The position numbers were made by a program, and so were the translations under genes. The notes below the pieces were generated by a model. It had not been told where the DNA came from. It worked only from the letters and a program-made list of their open reading frames with translations, and did not search any database. 24,551 nt of DNA, taken from the NCBI GenBank assembly GCA_046759445.1, contig JBHICG010000051.1:1-24551 (forward strand), in the 5' to 3' direction. Origin of the DNA: Candidatus Scalinduaceae bacterium (lineage in GTDB: Bacteria > Planctomycetota > Brocadiia > Brocadiales > Scalinduaceae). This document shows, in pieces, positions 19,016-24,551 of the stretch. Each line of letters starts with the position of its first letter. The first letter of the stretch is position 1.

Positions 19016-20163
19016 TCTTTACTGCGAGTACCTCGCCAATCTCGTTCACCTGTAAGGTGATTGATGGCAGAGGTCACCGTCATAGCTGCGTAAAGTATAC
19101 CTACAATGGGAAGTGTAAGCGCTCTATGCATGCCTAAACCAAAGAAACAAAGTGTGGGTATGTACGTAACCATCATCAACAAGAGTGCGAGGAATGAAAG
19201 GATAGCCGTAGTTGACGAAACGATGCCTATAATGAAGGCACAAATTCCAACCACTGGTGCCAGGAACATAACTGCCAATCCCAACACTGTTCCAACCAGA
19301 GCCAACCATGAACATCCTAATTGTGAGAAGGCAGTGCGTGCAACCATATTCCAGACATTACCTAGCCTATGATACGGACGAATACTTACGACCGATTTTG
19401 TCAGTGAAAGGGAGAGTGATAGACCTGCCTGCTTGATCCGTTTTGCAAGTGCAAGGTCATCTATCCACGCATTACTATGTCCGACTATGCCACCTATCTT
19501 GTCAATGACGTGACGTGAGATAAGTACACATCCACCTGCAGCCGCCGATGTACCTGATTGTGAGTAGTGCACCTTCTTGAATGGATACATGACGTGAAAG
19601 AAGTAAACAAATGTCGGAATCAACAGACGAGACCATGTTCCACTAGTATCTAGCAGCGCCATCAGTGAAACCATCTCACGTTTTTCAGTCAAAGCCTTCG
19701 TTATCAACCCTTTCCATAAGTTATGACAATGGCGAATATCAGCATCCGTAAATAACAGCCATTCACCTGAAGAGGCGTTGATTCCTTGCTGGAGTGCCCA
19801 AAGTTTACCAGTCCAACCGGGTGGGGGAGACGTCCCTTTGATAATTTGTATGTTACGGTTGTGTCGCGCTGCAATATCTTTTGCACATTCTGCAGTACCA
19901 TCAATTGATTCGTCGTCTATCAGTATTATTTCTGATTCTGGGTAGTCCTGGTATAGCAATGAGGGGAGTGTTACTGGGAGAGAAGCGCTTTCATTACGCG
20001 CCGGCACAATAACACTTAAGCTTGGCCATTTAGAAATAGACGTGTGAGAATAGTCAACGGCTTCCCATCGTTCCGACATCCACCAGCGTATGGGCATGAA
20101 TATTAGTGATAGCCAACATAATGCCGAAGCAGCACATGTAGAGAATAGAATTAAATCAATCAT
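19012..20163 (-). CDS. hpnB: Hopene-associated GT2 glycosyltransferase HpnB
   Basis: VPARNE, DDES.DGT, PPGWTGKLWA, FTDADI, LLIPTFVYFF..MYPF, AAAGGC, IDD, WNMVARTAFSQL. Confidence 0.85.
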   Translation of the reverse strand: MIDLILFSTCAASALCWLSLIFMPIRWWMSERWEAVDYSHTSISKWPSLSVIVPARNESASLPVTLPSLLYQDYPESEIILIDDESIDGTAECAKDIAARHNRNIQIIKGTSPPPGWTGKLWALQQGINASSGEWLLFTDADIRHCHNLWKGLITKALTEKREMVSLMALLDTSGTWSRLLIPTFVYFFHVMYPFKKVHYSQSGTSAAAGGCVLISRHVIDKIGGIVGHSNAWIDDLALAKRIKQAGLSLSLSLTKSVVSIRPYHRLGNVWNMVARTAFSQLGCSWLALVGTVLGLAVMFLAPVVGICAFIIGIVSSTTAILSFLALLLMMVTYIPTLCFFGLGMHRALTLPIVGILYAAMTVTSAINHLTGERDWRGTRSKD

Positions 20164-20432
20164 AAGTTATTTTGATGCCCTCTTAAAAGAGAAGACATAT
20201 TATTAAGTGAGAGGAATAATGACCTCTGCTTCAGTATATCAAATCTAATTGTTCTTTATACAAGAATTAAGGTTAATGCCTTAAAAAGAATTACAACTTT
20301 ACAGATTTACAAATCAATATATGTAAACTATAATTTGAGATAATTTTAACTAATAAAAGTCCGCCTTATTAACTCTATCGGAATACAATATGTCAAATTT
20401 ATTCATGACTCTTACTATTTTAAAAGGTCTTT

Positions 20433-21086
20433 ATGTCATACAAAGCCGTACTTTTTGACCTGGATGGAACACTGCTTGATACGCTAGAGGATTTGGGTAG
20501 CGTAATGAACCGAGTTCTAACTAGAAAGGGTTATCCTACTCATAAGTTGGATAATTACCGTTATTTAGTAGGTGATGGTGCAACTACGCTTATTAAGCGA
20601 GCGTTGCCGGAAGAGAAACGAAATGATAATATCATACGTTCATGCCTTGAAGCCTTCCTCAAAGATTACGACCAGAACTGGAACGTTAAGACTAAGCCTT
20701 ACAACGGCATTACAGAAATGCTGGATACACTAACTGCATGCGGAATGAAGATGGCAGTTCTATCTAACAAGCCGCACGAATTCACGAATCGATGTGTTAC
20801 ACATTTCCTGCCGAGTTGGAATTTCGACATGGTTCTTGGTCAGTGCGACGAGTTTCCCAGCAAACCAGATCCAGCAGGCGCACTGAAAGTGGCAGAATGC
20901 CTGAACCTCTCACCGTCAGATTTTCTCTACCTTGGTGATACTGCCGTAGATATGAAGACATCTATTGCCGCAGGCATGTTTCCTGTGGGAGTGCTTTGGG
21001 GGTTTAGGTCAGCAAAGGAGTTGCGAGAAAATGGCGCTCAGGTGCTGATAAAAAAACCATTAGAGATCCTGAATCTCCTGGATTGA
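20433..21086 (+). CDS. HAD-family phosphatase (phosphoglycolate phosphatase-like)
   Basis: FDLDGTLLDT, LSNK, KPDP, GDTAVDM and GVLWGF. Confidence 0.92.
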   Translation: MSYKAVLFDLDGTLLDTLEDLGSVMNRVLTRKGYPTHKLDNYRYLVGDGATTLIKRALPEEKRNDNIIRSCLEAFLKDYDQNWNVKTKPYNGITEMLDTLTACGMKMAVLSNKPHEFTNRCVTHFLPSWNFDMVLGQCDEFPSKPDPAGALKVAECLNLSPSDFLYLGDTAVDMKTSIAAGMFPVGVLWGFRSAKELRENGAQVLIKKPLEILNLLD

Positions 21087-21299
21087 TCCTGTTATACAGC
21101 ACGATAGGATTGCAAAATACAAGTAAACGGACTAAAACTAACATTCCAAATATAAAAAGTATCCAGGGTGAAAAGCTTACTAAGAATTGTCTTAATCTTT
21201 CCAATTTAATTCCTTCTAAAGGCTAAGATTCAGGAAACTAAAACCTATCACATCTATATCAATCTTAATTAAGCGTCATTTAACTAATTTCCAACATAC

Positions 21300-21485
21300 C
21301 TATAGCTTTTTTGCAACCGCAAATATATTTTTATTTAAAAGTTCTTTTGCCCCTCTGGGGAGGGACCGATATAAGATATCGAAATAGCTTCTTCTTTCTT
21401 CAAGATAATAATCTTCTGATGAAACCTGAATCTCTTTGAATTCATCCTTATTGAATCTTAACCGTTGGGAAAGCCATCTCCTGTA
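21300..21485 (-). pseudogene. Start-less gene remnant (61 codons plus stop)
   Basis: Open frame YRRWLSQ...DILYRSLPRGAKELLNKNIFAVAKKL* with protein-like composition and no ATG start codon. Confidence 0.3.
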
Positions 21486-21633
21486 TTAGTAAGCTTGCTG
21501 TCCTTTGTTATGGGCCATCGAATGCAAATCTTTTAGATTGAAAGAGTGTCACAATACACAGTATTAAGAAAGAGAATCCTGATTGTTCAAATTTGTAAAT
21601 ACTTGCAGTTGAAAAAACCTTTTTTTATGGAGA

Positions 21634-21930
21634 TTATTCTTTGGGGGGAGTATTGCGCTGAATAATCTTCATAATTTTGTAAAAGTCTTGTCCCATAAGC
21701 CCTATCAGGACGCCATTGACCGTGCTAATCCATGGTGTGGTACCTACCCCAATAGGTTGAAAAATGTTTATATTCAAACCAATCGCCCATACTATTAAAC
21801 CACCAGCCACGCCAGAGAGTACTAACCAGCCTGCATCAGCTCTTTTTGCTTTTTTCGTAAGCATTTTGATTACGTTTACGATGTTTTTTGATACAGTTGT
21901 TATAACTGCAACTATAATAAGTTCAGACAT
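21634..21930 (-). CDS. Small holin-like membrane protein (98 aa)
   Basis: AAAGGAGG SD before ATG 21930; three hydrophobic segments and basic patches (KKAKR and the C-terminus). Confidence 0.6.
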   Translation of the reverse strand: MSELIIVAVITTVSKNIVNVIKMLTKKAKRADAGWLVLSGVAGGLIVWAIGLNINIFQPIGVGTTPWISTVNGVLIGLMGQDFYKIMKIIQRNTPPKE

Positions 21931-22599
21931 TATGCTCCCTCCTTTATGTTGATAACCTAACCCTCTTTCAGTCATATAAGAAATGACACTCAATGGCCTA
22001 TAACTACCTGATATCATCACAAAGTCCGTTATCATTTCGATTACCTATTCGATGGACAAGTAGCTAAAAGATTTTCATCAACACCTCCTCTCGTAGTTTA
22101 TGATTTAGTTTATCCAATTGACCTTTGTTTTTATCTATACTCCTGGTGCTAATACGAAATCAAGAAGACAAAATAAAAGAACAGATAATATTTTTTGCAC
22201 TTCGTTTCTTAGACTGCATCTTTGTAAAAGATGATATAAATGTTGAAAGGACTTATATTCGTTTAAATAATCCGTTCGAACGGCTTATCAGCCCAATAAT
22301 GTCTTTCTGGCTGGACTATTCGATTATATTCGGGCAGTGCCGGAAACTACAACTATAAGACATATAACGATTCGGATAACGAAAAACAAGTAATTTAGTC
22401 AAACATCATCTTGAAAAACATTCTGTCAATAATTTCCTCTTTGGGTAATATGGCAGGATAAATTTGGGGTGATGATTCTATATATTCAAAGTTCGCCGCA
22501 GGGCAACGATTCAATATGTTATATTTTAAATATTGTAATGGTTTGAACCTTTTGTCAATAGATTAGCTTTGGCCCTGATCGCTTAACGTCTAATTGTAA

Positions 22600-22722
22600 A
22601 GAAAAGGTGAAGTAAACATATGTAATTTTGGAAAGGTGAAGGCTGTCAAATCGCTTTCCGAAGCGCTTGAAAAAGTCGGTGACCCATTGGAAGGTGGGGT
22701 AGAGCATCACCATCATCACTAA
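22600..22722 (+). pseudogene. C-terminal gene fragment ending in His5
   Basis: Frame RKGEVNICNFGKVKAVKSLSEALEKVGDPLEGGVEHHHHH*, bounded upstream by TAA. Confidence 0.35.
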
Positions 22723-22747
22723 CAATAAAAACAGTCGCTGCCCCTAA

Positions 22748-23419
22748 TTAGTTGCTTTTTTCCCACGTTGGTCTATCAAAAGGTTCATTTCCACAAGCCA
22801 GTCTATAATGAGAAATGTTTTCTCCTGAAATATCATAGTTTGTTAATGGGACTGATGCAAACTGGTTGTGATATAATATGTCAAGCATTAAATTGTTGTC
22901 TTTTTCTATTATGACAGCAAGCGCACTGATTGAAGTATTATGTTGTCTGTTGGTTTGAGATTTCGTGCCATACTTCATTCCAACAGAGTATGGTGCTTGA
23001 TGCTTATCTTGTGGTAATGCGAGAATGACTGATTCCAATCCGTACATTCCAACTAATAACTCATATGGGTCTAATTTTGTAATCCGATTCATTGAGTTAT
23101 CATAAAGCGCAACAAGCATAGGGATTTTCAATTCTTTGAATTCTTTTAGTTGATTTTTAGCACTAATAATTTTTGCTCTGACATATTGTCCAGGAGTTTT
23201 GGATATAACATCGCTATAACCGCGCTCTTTCAATAACTTCTTGTTCCTCTTATCATCTTCATTTTCTACAATTTCTTTTATCTCGAAAATCATTCGCTTA
23301 TAATTGATAAATACATCATAGTCAGGAGACTTATTTAGTGACTTAGGAATTTTTGAAATATTCCACCCTTTTTTTTGCGCAAACTCTTCAAATAATCTTT
23401 CTGATTTTGTATGTTTCAT
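22748..23419 (-). CDS. Integron cassette ORF 2: PD-(D/E)XK nuclease-like protein (223 aa)
   Basis: SE..F helix, SPDY and FEIK catalytic-like motif. The ATG lies 5 nt after the attC R' box. Confidence 0.7.
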   Translation of the reverse strand: MKHTKSERLFEEFAQKKGWNISKIPKSLNKSPDYDVFINYKRMIFEIKEIVENEDDKRNKKLLKERGYSDVISKTPGQYVRAKIISAKNQLKEFKELKIPMLVALYDNSMNRITKLDPYELLVGMYGLESVILALPQDKHQAPYSVGMKYGTKSQTNRQHNTSISALAVIIEKDNNLMLDILYHNQFASVPLTNYDISGENISHYRLACGNEPFDRPTWEKSN

Positions 23420-23424
23420 ATAGC

Positions 23425-23495
23425 CACTAACGGAAAGCTCACTAGATACCAAAAGCTGCATGGCTTTTGGTGTTTGGTGCAGTGAAATGTTATAA
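23425..23495 (-). mobile_element. Integron attC recombination site (71 bp)
   Basis: Minus strand TTATAAC-ATTTC-ACTGCAC..CAAACACCAAAAGC-CATGCA-GCTTTTGGTATCTA-GTGAGC-TTTCC-GTTAGTG. It shows R''/L''/L'/R' boxes, 5-nt unpaired spacers and one extrahelical base in L''. The upstream ORF stop lies inside R''. Confidence 0.85.
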
Positions 23496-23960
23496 TTTTC
23501 TCTTTGCTTTATCTGTTGGTTTTAATACAAATGGAGAACCAAATCTTGTTTCCGGAATATTAAATACATATTCCTTTGGTAAACTCATAATAAAGCTCTC
23601 AAATTGACTACTAGTAAAACTATTTGGATCTTTTTCAAGGAACTCATGTATTACATTGATATTATCTTTATATATCTTTCCATTCCTAGATATAACAATT
23701 TTTGCAATATTTTTTGTCTTACAGTATTTGACTAATGCTTTAATGAATTTTTTTTGATCTTTGCCCAATTTATCATATGGTTCATTCAACTGTTCCAACT
23801 GTTTTATTCTGTCTTCCTTTAGAGCAAGTTCATTTTGAAGGTCTGAAAGCATTAATGATCTCACGCTAAAGCCAATCCCGAAACCTATCAATATTATCAC
23901 CCACGTAAATGGCTCTTTTAATTTCTTGGGATATTTTTCTATAAATTCTATTAAATTCAT
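23490..23960 (-). CDS. Integron cassette ORF 1: TM + coiled-coil + small globular domain (156 aa)
   Basis: AT-rich ORF bounded by GTTATAA (23975-23969) and its exact complement TTATAAC in attC R''. Confidence 0.75.
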   Translation of the reverse strand: MNLIEFIEKYPKKLKEPFTWVIILIGFGIGFSVRSLMLSDLQNELALKEDRIKQLEQLNEPYDKLGKDQKKFIKALVKYCKTKNIAKIVISRNGKIYKDNINVIHEFLEKDPNSFTSSQFESFIMSLPKEYVFNIPETRFGSPFVLKPTDKAKRKL

Positions 23961-24008
23961 AATTATGATTATAACATTTACTTTTATATTTATTTTATAT
24001 TTGTCGGC

Positions 24009-24037
24009 ATGCTATAGTGATAAATTGTGTATGTCAA
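24009..24037 (-). promoter_or_regulatory. Pc-like promoter facing the cassette array
   Basis: TTGACA-N17-TAGCAT, 33 nt upstream of the first GTT junction. Confidence 0.65.
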
Positions 24038-24154
24038 AGCAAAATCAAGGAAATATGTTGAAAACTATTGGAAATTATCAATGATATTTTTGTATTTATA
24101 TTTTCGACTTTCTATCTTCCATTTCCTGTCAATAACCTGCAGGTTTTCCTTGGA

Positions 24155-24454
24155 TCAGACTACTGATACTTTTAATTTTAATTCCTCTTTTCTTATAATA
24201 TCCTGAAATGACAATTGTATCCAGAAAGCTATAGGTTCTCTTAGCTTTTTGGCAATTTTAGCAGCCCGTCCAGGTGAAGGAATGCGTCTGCTTTTTTCCA
24301 GGTCACAAAGGCTTTGAGGAGTTATGCCCAAAAGTCTGGCAAACTTTTTTTGTGTCATCCCTTTGCCCAACCTGAAACTTTCAAGTGCATTTCCAAAGGT
24401 AAGAGGCCCATATTCATTTTCTAGCTCCTTAATTCCATAATTCTTAGTATTCAT
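24155..24454 (-). CDS. HigA-like Xre/Cro HTH antitoxin
   Basis: MTQKKFARLLGITPQSLCDLEKSRRIPS HTH and FWIQL motif. The start overlaps the stop of an upstream toxin-like tail. Confidence 0.85.
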   Translation of the reverse strand: MNTKNYGIKELENEYGPLTFGNALESFRLGKGMTQKKFARLLGITPQSLCDLEKSRRIPSPGRAAKIAKKLREPIAFWIQLSFQDIIRKEELKLKVSVV

Positions 24455-24514
24455 GTTTGTTTATCTCCTCAATTGAAATTGTATTTATTCTTTTATGAAA
24501 CTGACTCTGTCCAC
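24444..24514 (-). pseudogene. Internally deleted RelE/HigB-like toxin gene
   Basis: GTG-started MDRVSF.. is joined out of frame to ..RINTISIEEINKHEY* (71 nt in total) and overlaps the antitoxin ATG. Confidence 0.55.
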
Positions 24515-24520
24515 AAGAAT

Positions 24521-24549
24521 ACTATACGTCATGCTGACGTATAATGCAA
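24521..24549 (-). promoter_or_regulatory. TA promoter with palindromic operator
   Basis: TTGCAT-N17-TATAGT with perfect inverted repeat TATACGTCA-N3-TGACGTATA (24523-24543) filling the spacer. Confidence 0.75.
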
Positions 24550-24551
24550 CA

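Noticed and set aside
136..19904. Many short ORFs nested in or antisense to recognised genes
   Set aside because: Shadow ORFs with no motifs or ribosome-binding sites.
21931..22035. N-terminal extension of the holin-like ORF
   Set aside because: The strong SD sits before ATG 21930, and the extension has no SD.
22125..22358. 77-aa plus-strand ORF as an integrase fragment
   Set aside because: TTG start without an SD, no tyrosine-recombinase motifs, and it overlaps a repeat end and palindromes.
22700..22722. Cloning-vector His-tag contamination
   Set aside because: Only five His with mixed codons, no XhoI site and no flanking vector sequence.
24134..24145. Palindrome AACCTGCAGGTT as an attC for the antitoxin
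   Set aside because: Only 12 bp, with no L boxes or unpaired spacers, so the TA module cannot be called a cassette from this sequence.

Overview
Bacterial chromosomal window. An anammox-type Planctomycetota origin is a tentative guess from gene content (hpnB, ActP-type symporter, NikR, DUF4438) and cannot be verified here. Positions 1-21.1 kb hold mostly housekeeping and accessory genes: an alpha/beta hydrolase, two TPR proteins, recQ, tex, DUF4438, a rhodanese, def, a Glu/Leu/Phe/Val dehydrogenase, nikR with a His-rich Ni permease and two clear NikR-type operators, a QTMAN/GTDC1-like glycosyltransferase, DUF4212 plus an ActP-like symporter, a GT2 remnant, a GT4, hpnB and a HAD phosphatase. 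A 32-bp hairpin tandem repeat and REP/MITE-like elements are interspersed. The last ~3.4 kb is an AT-rich accessory region and is the most interesting part. It contains a canonical integron attC site (23425-23495, minus strand) joining two gene cassettes: a TM/coiled-coil protein and a PD-(D/E)XK nuclease-like protein, both candidate anti-phage genes. The cassettes follow an attI/attG-like GTT junction and a near-consensus promoter, and no integrase is present in the window. Next to them are an orphan HigA-like antitoxin whose toxin gene appears internally deleted, an orphan holin-like gene and several gene remnants.
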